From the NCBI RefSeq assembly GCF_004010195.1, contig NC_057749.1:21275953-21339837 (forward strand): DNA of 63,885 nt. Direction: 5' to 3'. The stretch comes from Chiloscyllium plagiosum. Its lineage: Eukaryota. How positions within the stretch are numbered: the stretch's first letter is position 1; each line of letters starts with the position of its first letter. Positions 10,601 through 22,600 of the stretch are shown one piece after another. The notes beneath the pieces were generated by a model. That model did no database searches. It was not told where the DNA came from and saw only the letters and a list, made by a program, of their open reading frames with translations. A program made the translations under genes and the position numbers.

Positions 10601-13600
10601 GATAGACCCAGTGTACAAACACACTGGGAGATAGATCCAGTGTACAAACACACAGAGGGATAGACCAAGTGTACAAACACACTGAGAGATAGACCCAGTG
10701 TACAAACACACTGAGATAGATCCACTGTAAAAACACACTGAGATAGACCAAGTGAACAAACACACAGAGAGATAGACCCAGTGTACAAATACACTGAGAG
10801 ATAGACCCAGTGTACAAACACACACAGATAGACCCAGTGTACAAACACACTGAGATAGACCCATTGTACAAACACACAGAGAGATAGATCCAGTGTACAA
10901 ACACACACAGATAGACCCGGTGTACAAACACATAGAGATTGACCTAGTGTACAAACACACTGAGATACACCCAGTGTACAAAAACACTGGGAGATAGATC
11001 CAGTGTACAAACACACTGAGATAGACCCAGTGTATAAACACACAGAGAGATAGACCCAGTGTACAAACACACTGAGATAGACCCAGTGTATAAACACACT
11101 GAGAGATAGACCCAGTGTACAAACACACTGAGATAGACCCAGTGTACAAGCACATTGAGATAGACCCACTGTACAAATACACAGAGAGATAGACCCAGTG
11201 TACAAACACACAGAGATAGACCCAGTGTACAAACACACTGAGATAGACCCAGTGTACAAACACAATGAGATAGACCCAGTGTACAAACACACTGAGATAG
11301 ACCCAGTGTACAAACACACTGAGAGATAGACCCAGTTACAAACACACTGAGATAGACCCAGTGTACAAATACACTGAGACAGACCCAGTGTACAAACATA
11401 CTGAGGTAGACCCAGTGTACAAACACATTGAGATAGACCCATTGTACAAACACACAGAGAGATGGACCCAGTGTACAAACACACAGATAGATAGACCCAG
11501 TGTACAAACACACAGCGATAGACCCAGTGTACAAACACAAAGAGAGATAGACCCAGTATACAAACACAGAGATAGACCCAGTGTACAAACACACTGAGAT
11601 AAACCCAGTGTACAAACACACAGAGATAGACCCAGTGAACAAACACACTGAGAGATAGACCAAGTGTACAAACACACAGAGATAGACCCAGTATACAAAC
11701 ACACACAGATAGACCCAGTGTACAAACACACAGAGATAGACCCAGTATACAAACACACACAGATAGACCCAGTGTACAAACACACAGAGATAGACCCAGT
11801 GTACAAACACACAGAGATAGACCCAGTGTACAACCACACAGAGAGATAGACCCAGTGTACAAACACACAGAGATAGACCCAGTGAACAAACACACTGAGA
11901 GATAGACCCAGTGTACAAACACACACAGATAGACCCAGTATACAAACACACTGAGATACACCCAATGTACAAACACACAGAGACAGACCCAGTGTACAAA
12001 CACACAGAGATGGTCCGAGTATACAAACACACACAGATAGACCCAGTGTACAAACACACAGAGATTGCCCTAGTGTACAAACACACTGAGATAGACCCAG
12101 TGTACAAACACACTGGGAGATAGATCCAGTGTACATACACACTGAGATAGGCCAAGTGAACAAACACATTGAGATAGACCCAGTGTACAAACACACTGAG
12201 ACAGACCCAGTGTACAAACACACAGATAGATAGACCCAGTGTACAAACACACTGAGATAGATCCAGTGTACAAACACACTGAGATAGACCCAGTGTACAA
12301 ACACACTGAGATAGACCCAGTGTACAAACACACAGAGAGATAGACCCATGTACAAACACATTGAGATAGACCCAGTGTACAAACACACAGAGAGATAGAC
12401 CCAGTGTACAAACACACTGGGAGATAGATCCAGTGTACAAACACACAGAGACAGACCCAGTGTACAAACACACAGAGATAGTCCTAGTATACAAACACAC
12501 ACAGATAGACCCGGTGTACAAACACATAGAGATTGACCTAGTGTACAAACACACTGAGATACACCCAGTGTACAAACACACTGGGAGATAGATCCAGTGT
12601 ACAAACACACTGAGATAGACCCAGTGTACAAACACACAGAGAGATAGACGCAGTGTACAAACACACTGGGAGATAGACGCAGTGTACAAACACACTGGGA
12701 GATAGACCCAGTGTACAAACACACAGAGATAGACACAGTGTACAAACACACAGAGATAGACCCAGTGTATAAACACACACACAGATAGACCCAGTGTACA
12801 AACTGCTGCAGAAAAGACCCAGAGGTGACACTCCCCCCAACAGACAGGACCCACATAAAAACCAAGTGGGACAGAACAACAGTGCCTGATGGAATTTACC
12901 CTGACGGTGACCCACATAAACACAGTTGATTCATTTTTGTTTAGTCATTAGAAATATTTATCAGTTATTTAAAGTGGTATCCTGATGTGGAGCTCCCTAC
13001 CTCTTAAACCAGGAGGTCTGGGATCACTTAAAAACATCAATGGTATTTGGGAAGAAAGCAGGAACATTGCCATTATGATAGGGGATCAGTCATGATCCAT
13101 ACTGAATGGTCAAGCAGACTTGAAGGGCCAAATGGCCTGGTCCTATTCGACAGGACCAAGGCATGACTGAGAGAGAAGGCAGGGTCTCAGTTCAACATCT
13201 TCCCTGAACAGCAGCATCACTGGGAGTGCAGCACTTTAGATTACTTACATATGGAAACAGGCCCTTCGGCCCAACAAGTCCACACTGACCCACCAAAGCA
13301 CAACCCACCCAGACACATTACCCTAGATTTATCCTTTCACCGAATACTACGGGCGATTTAGCATGGCCAATTCACCTAACCTGCACATTTTTGGCCTGTG
13401 GGAGGAAACCGGAACACCCGGAGGAAACCCACGCAGACACGGGGAGAATGTGCAAACTCCACACAGACAGTCGCCTGAGGTAGGAATTGAACCCAGGTCT
13501 ACTGGCGCTGGGGGGCAGCATTGCTAACCACTGTGCCACCATGCCGCCCACTCCTGAGTCTCCTGTTTCTGAAGTGGGGCTTGAACCTTCTGAATTAGAG

Positions 13601-16600
13601 GGAGGAGAGCTCCAGCAGATACGGATGTTTGGGGCTAAGGTAGGGTGGTTTTTGTTCAGCTTTAAGGCGATAGAGTCAGAGGAGGCATGTGATGTAGTCT
13701 GCTCGGAGCACCGTCTGCGATGTTCAGTATTGAGCATGTCCGCCTCACCTCTGTGTGTGTCAGGAGATCTCAACTCAAACCCAACTCTAGGGGGCAAGAG
13801 TGTGTGGCCTCAGCTGATGCCTTCCATGCTGTGCTGAGCCTCTTCTGCCCTGCCATAGATACTGTCCTTTGATCGGGACATTCAACTGAGATTCCTTTGG
13901 CCTTTCTGTAAGGGAGTCCAATGACATTGCACATAGAGGAGCAGAGAGCACCCCCCCACCCCAGCCGCACCACACCACTCCCCCAACGCCCCATGTTTTG
14001 GCCAGCCCTTATCATCCAATCCATCTCCCCAACAGCCAATCCCAATTGTGGGATCTTGCCGTACACAAACTGGCCACTGCAATCGTCCACAGGTCGTCAG
14101 TGGGTACACTCAAAAGAAGTGCTTCGTCAGTTGTGTTGCGTTTCAAGGATGCGAAAGAGGCTATATAAATGCATGCTGTTTATGTTCAGTGCTGGTGCGA
14201 CTTGCATTTTATGATATAAGTTTATCAGGTTTGATGAACATCGACATTAAACAGCTGCATGTTCTTATACCCCAAATGGCTTGACAAATAGTGACTGATG
14301 TCACTTCACCGTTATGAAGGAAGTTTCACCATGACACCTGAAACCACCACACCTCCCCCCCCCCCCCCAATGCCTCCCACACAGAGAGGGTGCACAATGT
14401 CCTGGGTTGGGCCTGGCTTGATGTGTAGGACTCTCCCAGCTAAAGGAGCAAATGCGACCTGAGAAAAGGGCCCTCTCTCACAGGGAGTGGTTACAGTCTG
14501 GGACATACTGCACGAGAGGGTGTCTGAGATACATTCAGCGAGGCCTTCGGGAGACACATTATCGGAAAGACAAGAATGTGCAGGATGACGGGGAGAAAGC
14601 AGGAGAACGGCACTGAGTCCACTCCTCCTTTGGAGAGCTAGCACAGAGGGATGGGTCAAATGGCCTCTCCCTGCACTCCAACAACTGTGTGACTCTGAAG
14701 GAAGGTGCTCTCAGCTGGCACAATGCTCTGAAGCTGTCCCCAAGGAAGTACCGTGTGGACAGATCCAGCAGAGTCCCCTCTGACCCTTATGCAGTGAAAC
14801 CGAGCAGGGATTGTCTCTGTGCGATGTGGATCACGAGATGAGACAAAGGTCTAACTCTGTCCTCGCATTTACACAGCAAGGCAGAAGGTTAGGAGGCTGA
14901 ACTTATAAAGGATTGTTCACCACCTGCACACGCCCCAAACTGTGTTACTCTGATCAAGTGCGTTCACCTTCATTGGGTTAATGCAATCTGCAGTCTCAAA
15001 GAAGATGGCATTGGGTGAAAAGTGGAAATGAATAGACCCCACAATGGCCAATAGAAACCCAAACACAGCGGGTAACTGATGTGCCTTGAAAACACTTGAA
15101 GATTGTAGAAGATTAAAAGGCCACATTGAAGGCTTCCTCGACATTGACTGTAAATGTCTGATGCTGTTTGTGTTACTCACAGAGTCCTCCCAACATTATC
15201 CCAATTGATGAAAAGTTTGCAAATCCACAAAGGGCGTATGTAGATAACGTCTCTGCTCTGACCTGCAGGGACAAAACCGAAAACGTAAACCTTTTCCACA
15301 CTCTTCTCGTAAAGACCCTAATTTACAAACAGATGGAGTTTAATTTAGATAAATGTGAGGTGTTGCATTTTGGAAAGGCAATCCAGGGCAGGATTTATAC
15401 AGTTAATGGTAAGGTCCTGGGGAGTGTTGCTGGACAAAGAGACCTTGGAGTGCAGGTTCGTAGTTTCTTGGAAGTGGAGTTGCAGGTAGACAGGGCGGTT
15501 AGATGGTATTTGGCCTTTTTTGATTGGTGCATTGGGTATAGGAATTGGGAGGTTATGTTGTGGTTAGGCCACTTTAGATCGTTAGTCATGATGTGGAGGT
15601 GCCGGTATTGGACTTGGGTGGACACAGTTAAAAATCGCACAACATAGAACATAGAACATAGAAGAATACAGCGCAGTACAGGCCCTTTGGCCCTCGATGT
15701 TGCGCCGATCCAAGCCCACCTAACCTACACTAACCCACTATCCTCCATATACCTATCCAATGCCCGCTTAAATGCCCATAAAGTGGGAGAGTCCACCACT
15801 GCTACTGGCAGGGCATTCCATGAACTTACGACTCGCTGAGTGAAGAACCTACCCCTAACTTCAGTCCTATATCTACCCCCCCTTAATTTAAAGCTATAAA
15901 TCAGGTGATGAAGGAGCATCGCTCCGAAAGCTAGTGTGCTTCCAATTAAACCTGTTGGACTATAACCTGGTGTTGTGTGATTTTTAACTTAGTTAGTTAG
16001 GCCACTTTAGAATTTCTGATGAAGGGCTTTCGCCCGAAACGTCGATTTTCCTGCTCCTCGGATGCTGCCTGACCTGCTGAGATTTTCCAGCACCACTCTA
16101 ATCTTGAATCTAATCTCCAGCATCTGCAGTACCCACATCTGCCCACTTTAGAATACTGTGTACAACTCTGATCTCCCTTCTGTGAAACTTGAAAGGGCTT
16201 AGAAAAGATTTACAAGGATGTTGCCAGGGCTGGAAGGTTTGAGTAAGAGGGAGAGGCTGAATAGGCTGGGGCTGGTTTTCCCTGGAGCATAGGAGGTTGA
16301 GGGGTGACCTTATGGAAGTTTATAAAATCATGATGGGCACGGATAGGATGAGTAGACAAAGTCTTTTCCCTGGGGTGGGCGAGTCCAAAAGTAGAAGGCA
16401 TAGGTTTAGGGTGAGAGGGGAAAGATATAAAAGGGACCCAAGGAGCAATTTGTTCCAGCAGAGGGCGGTACGTGTATGGAATGAGCTGCCAGAGGAAGTG
16501 GTGGAGGCTGGTACAATTACAGCATTTAAAAGGCATCTGGGTAGGTAAATGAATAGGAAGGGTTTGGAAGGATATGGATCAAATGTTGGCAAATGGGAAT

Positions 16601-19600
16601 AGGTCAGATTGGGATGTCTGGTCGGCCTGGACGAGTTGGATGAAAGGGTCTGTTCCGTGCTGTATAAATCTAAATAAAGCTGGAACTAAACCATTTGACC
16701 CCTCAAGCCCGTTCCATCATTCGATATGATCATGGCTGAGCTGACTGTGTTTGGAATTCTGCATTGACAGTGAGTTGCTGATAAGATTAGATTAGATTCC
16801 CTACAGTGTGGAAACAGGCCCTTCGGCCCAACAAGTCCACACCAACTCTCCAAAGAGTAACCCACCCACACCCATTCCCCCTAACTAATTCACCTAATTC
16901 TACGTGCAATTTAGCATGGCCAATTCACCTGACCTGCACATCTTTGGACTGTGGGAGGAAACCGGAGCACCCGGAGGCAACCCACGCAGACGCGGGGGAG
17001 AACGTGCAAACTCCACACAGAGAGTCGCCCGAGGCTGGAATCGAACGCGCGGGTCCCTGGTGCTGTGAGGCAGCAGTGCTAACCACTGGGCCACCGTGCC
17101 GCCCCATTTATCCTGCCCAATAGGAATCTATTCACATCCTTCTTAAAAGTATTTCGAACGCGGGTCCCTGGTGCTGTGAGGCAGCAGTGCTAACCACTGA
17201 GCCACCGTGCCACCCCATTTATCCTGCCCAATAGGAATCTATTCACATCCTTCTTAAAAGTATTCCATCACCAGACTCCAAAGTTGTCTGAGGCAGAGCA
17301 TCAAAATTGCAAAGCCCTCTGAGAGAAAGAACCTCTCCTCCCAGGCCCAGGTCTTTGTCAAGACCATTTCGGATCGTCTGTCCTTTAATCAGGTCACCCC
17401 TCACATGTGTAAACTCCAATGGAAACTAGGCCAATCTGTCAATTTGTGACACGTGAGATTGTTTCCTGGCCTGACTGGATGGGAAATCAGCAGAGCCTGA
17501 GGCTGGCTGATGTTAGGGAGATAGGCCACAGTATCCCAGGCACCCATGTACAAATCCCCCATGTACAAATCCCCCATGTATAAATCTCCCATGTATAAAT
17601 CCCTCATGTATAAATCCCTCATGTATAAATCCCTCATGTACAAATCCCCCATGTATAAATCCTCCATGTACAATCCCTCATGTACAAATCCCCCATGTAT
17701 AAATCCTCCATGTACAAATCCCCCATGTATAAATCCCTCATGTACAAATCCAGCCAAGTTTAATGATTTGTTCTGAGCTGATTCGCCAGATGGATTGAAT
17801 TTAGCTGTGAACTGGGCTGAATTGTCCCATTGGTTTTTGGGGGTGGGGTGGGAAGGGGCAACTTTGCTAATACACAGGGGGAGGGGTGACAGGGGGTGGT
17901 CTTATCAGAGTGGTCCTATCTCTGTGCTCACTGAGAGATTACAGGCAGCAGACAGTGGAGAGAGGTCAGGGAGCCGCACTGAGGGAGGCACGCAGGAGAG
18001 TATGAGGAAGTGAAAGGGATGGAAACTGAAATGAGAATTTCAGAGTGGCTGTGCCCCTCCTGCCAAAAGGCTCTGGGCCAGAGTTGTGTCCCTTCCAGAC
18101 AGCGGGCCCCTCTTTCGGACACTCTGGGATCCAACAGCACGCCTAATCCAATCCACCCATCCTTCTGGCCCCACACCCATACTGTACCTGGCCAGCTCTG
18201 TGCACAGGACACCAAATCCACGTTGAGCTTGTCCTGCTGTTGAAATGCACTGGGGAGTTATTCCTGTGTAGTTAATCCCTTTCTGCCATTCCACCTAGGA
18301 TCCAGAAACTCAGATCCTCCTCAAACCTGCCGCGGTAGCTGCTAGTCGGTTTCTAAACCAAGACAAATTGGAATTGGATGGAACATTGAATTGGCATCAC
18401 CTTTGGATTTGATCCAATGAGGGGAAGGGTGAGCTGACGCGCTTTTTGGGACTGCCCCAGTCATAAAGTCATACAGCACGGAAACAGACCCTTCGATCCA
18501 ACTCGTCTGTGCTGACCAGGTTCTCAAAATAAACTAGTCCCATTTGCCAGCATTTGGCTCATATCCCTCCAAACCCTTCCTATTCATATACTCACCCAGA
18601 TGCCTTTTAAATGCTGTAATTGTGCCAGCCTCTACCACTTCCTCTGGCAGCCCATGTGATACACTCACCACCCTCTTTGTGAAAACATTGCCCCTTAGGT
18701 CTCTTTTATATCTTTCTCCTCTCACCCTAAACCTATGCACTCTAATTCTAAACTCTCCCACCCCAGGCAAGAGACTTTGTTTATTTATTCTATCCATACC
18801 CCTCAGGATTTTATAAACCTCTATAAAGTCACCCCTCAGCACTTGACAATCCAGGGAAAGAAAGCTCCAGTCTATCGAGTCTCTTCTTTGAGATTAAACC
18901 TTTAGCTCTTGCTGATCCTGCACGTACTTACAGAAATCCACTGCTTCTTGCCGTTGATGAACTCTTCGACGCCATTCAAGCGGTTGTTCTGGTAGACAGA
19001 GAGTTTCTGGTAGGCCACAAACTCGTTGAGGAACAGCTTGATCCCAATCAGTTCAGCAACGAGGAAGGAATCGTTCCAATCCACTCCCATCATGAAGGCG
19101 ATGGGCATGAAGACATAGGAACAGATAACCTGCAAGTACAACATCGATCAGAGGACATGCCAATGGCAGTCAGCTTTCAACAGTATCACAGTCTCTGCAG
19201 GGTACAATGAGGTCATCAACCTCCATAGTGTTGGAACCCAAATTGTCTGCTATGGACCAGACCAAGCCCACTCATAATATATATATATCAACGTTTATAT
19301 AACTCGATATCAAGGAGATAGCCCAGACCCAACCTTTTATCTTATCAAGGCAAGTGCAAGGTGCTGTGTTCCTGTTAGATTAGATTCCCTACAGTATGGA
19401 AACAGGCCCTTCGGCCCAACTAGCCCACGCTGACCGTCTCCCACCCAGACCTATTTCCCTCGGACTAATGCACCGAACACTATGGGCAATTCAGCATGGT
19501 TACTTCACTTAACCTACACACCTTTGGACTTTAGGAGGAAAGCCACGCAGACACGGGGAGAATGTACAAACTCCACACAGACAGTCGCCCAAGACTGGGA

Positions 19601-22600
19601 TCGTACCTGAGGCCCTGGTGCTGTGCGGCAGCAGTGCTAACCACTGAGCCACCTGTTGGTCAAGCAACTTGGCTTTAAACAAGACACACTTTATTCTAAC
19701 ACCACAGTTAATAAACAAGCAACAAAAAAAGAAAAATTGGCATAATTTTAACTCTATCAAAATACTTAACAAAATAATATATTATTTAACTCTTACTCAT
19801 CAACTGTTCCATTAAAGTAGCATCCCATAAACACACCCTCAGCAAAGGCAAATTCAGCAAAACACATCTCCCTCACTTCTTATCTCCAGGAGTAGGAACA
19901 TGGACAGAATGAATCGAGCAGCAGAGAGAGAGGGAGAGAGGGAGAGAGAGCTGTATCTAGCAGCTTCAACTTCAATAACCCAACTTCAACAATTGAAAGC
20001 AAAATGAAACTAAAACCCTGGTTCTGTGGGAGCCTGACTCCACTCACCAGGCTTCTTTTGTTTAATTTTTGGAAAAAAAAATATATATTTACTCTGCTTT
20101 CCATGGAGCAGACACCTTGGTACCAGGGTTACAACACCAATCTATTAGTAATGAAATAGATTTTAACAAGGCTTTTGATAAGGTTCTCCCTAATAGGCTC
20201 GTTCAGAAAGTAAGGAGGCATGGCATACAGGGAATCCTGGTTGTCTGGATACAGAATTGGCTGAACTATAGAAGACAGAGGGTGATGGTAGATGGAAAGT
20301 ATTCAGCCTGGAGCTCGGTGACCAGTGGGTATTCCGCAGGGATCTGTTCTGGGACCTCTGCTCTTTGTGATTTTTATAAATGACTTGGATGAGGAAGTGG
20401 AAGAGTGCATTAGTAAGTTTGTTGATGAGGTAAGGTTGGTGGAGTTGTGGATAGTGTGGAGGGCTGTTGTAGTTTGCAGTGGGACATTGACAGGATGCAG
20501 AGCTGGGCTGAGAAGTGGCAGATGGAGTTCAACCTGGAAAAGCTTGAAGTGATTTGTTTTAGAATGTGGAATTTGAATACAGAATACAGGGTTAAAGGCA
20601 GGATTCTTGGCAGTGTGGAGGAACAAAGGGATCTTTGGGTCCACATCCATAGATCCCTCAAGATTGCCAACCAAGTTGAAAGGCATATGGTGTGTTGGCT
20701 TTCATTAGCAGGGGAATTGAGTTTCAGAGCTGCGAGGTTATGCTGCAGCTTTATTAAGCCCTGGTTAGGCCACACTTGGAATATTGTGTTCAGATCTGGT
20801 TGCCTCATTATACAAAGGATGTGGAAGCTTTCGGGAGAGTGCAGAGGAGATTTACCAGGGTGCTGCCTGGACTGGAGCCATGTCTTATGAAGAAAACTAG
20901 GACTTTTCACTTTGGAGCTAAGAGGATGAGAGGTGATTTGATAGAGGTGTACAAGATGATGAGAGGCAGAGATAGAGTGGATAACCAGAGACTTTTTCCC
21001 AGGTGGAAATGGTTATCACATGGGGGCATAATTTTAAGGTGATTGGAGGAGGGTTTTGGGGAGATGTCAGAGGTCGGTTCTTAACACAGAGAGTGGTGGG
21101 TGCGTGGAATGCACTGCCAGCGGTGGCAGTAGAGTCAGGTACATTAGGGACATGTAGGTGACTTTTGGATAGGCACATGGAAAATAGTACAATGAAGGGT
21201 ATGTAGGTTAGTTTGATCTTAGAGTAAGATAAAAGGTCAGCACAGCATCAAAGGCTGAAGGGCCTGTATTGTGCTATACTGTCTCTGTTCTAAATAATAG
21301 AACTTTTGGAACAGCTTAAGGGACTGAAGGGTTTGAGTTATAAGGAGAGGCTGGGACTGTTTTCACTGGAGTGTAGGAGGTTGAGGGGTGATCTTATAGA
21401 GGTTTATAAAATCATGAGGGACATGGATAGGGTGAATAGTCAAGGTCTTTTCCCCAGGGTAGGGGAATCCAAAACTAGAGGGCATAGGTTAAGGTGAGAA
21501 GGGAGAAATTCAAAAGGGACCTAAGGGCTAACTTCCACCCAGAGGGTGGTTTGTATATGGAATGAGTTGCAAGAGAAAGCAGTAGATACAAGTAGAGTTA
21601 CAACATTTAAAAGACATTTGGACAGGTACATGAATAGGAAAGGTTTAGAGTGATATAGGCCAAATGCAGGCAAATGGGACTAATTTATTTTGGGAGACCT
21701 GGTCAGCATAGACTGGTTGGACTGAAGGGTCTGTTGCCATGCTGTCTGACTCTATGAACTCTCTTCAACAGAAACAGGGCAGGCAAATCCCTCTTAAAAG
21801 TACATTTTGCCACATAAGTTCTCATTAACTCTGTTCCTCTCTCAGCTGCCAGACCAGCCCATGTTTGTGTGATTACTTCTGATCTCCAGCATCTGCAGGA
21901 CATTAAAGAAGGCAGTGATGAGCCAGCAGGGTGTGTGAATCCAGCCCCTGTGATCAAACCTCACCCTTCCCAGCAACAACCCGGCTCTCCTTCCAATCAA
22001 CCCCATAGGTTGCTATGGCAACATACACTTCCACGCGCATGTTGTAGCCTAAAGCTATTGATAGTGACAACTGCCATTGACGTGTTAACCTGATTGGCAG
22101 AGAAACCTGAAGTGGGGATTGTACCTGGAGGCATTCTGAAGAAGGGTCACTAAGATCCGAAACGCTAACTCTGATTTCTCTCCAGAGATGCTGCCAGACC
22201 TGCTGAGCCTTTCCAGCAAGTTCTGATCTCGGTTTTGAACATGGAGGGTCAGGCTCAGAGACAGGGACATTACCCACTGGGCCATGAGATCTCCTGAGGA
22301 GTCACTGCTCTCTGGGAAAGCATTTGTTTCTCAAGAGAAGAGAAACCTGAAGAGGTGTTGAAGATCATGAAAGACTTTCATTCATGGGACGTGGGCATCG
22401 CTGGCTTAGCCAGTATCTAGTTGCCATTGAGGAGGGGATGAGCTGCCTTCTTGTACCGCTGAAGCCTATGTGCTGTAGACCCACAATAATGTTAGCTAAG
22501 GAATTCCAGGATTTTGACCCAGCGGCAGTTAAGGAATATTTTCCCAAATCAGGATGCCAAGTGGCATTGAGGTGGTGGTATTTGATAGGATTGGCATTGA

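Noticed and set aside
9693..12803. CRISPR-like array (27-29 bp repeats)
   Set aside because: The units are head-to-tail with no unique spacers, the context is eukaryotic, and there are no cas genes.
9693..12923. Very long ORFs (up to 675 aa) with [16 protein letters not shown] or IDPVYKHTE repeats
   Set aside because: These are translations of a stop-poor minisatellite, open in several frames at once and intronic.
15100..15147. tttacAG-TCAATGTCGAGGAAG (SMSRK) as the missing exon c15
   Set aside because: It would need a 33-nt intron, the SMSRK frame is out of phase with c14, and the downstream translation does not resemble the CNT terminal helix.
19230..20136. Possible solo LTR (TG..CA ends, polyA signal on minus); similar candidate at about 56900-57300
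   Set aside because: There is no TSD, no second copy in the window and no internal coding sequence, so it cannot be supported without a repeat library.
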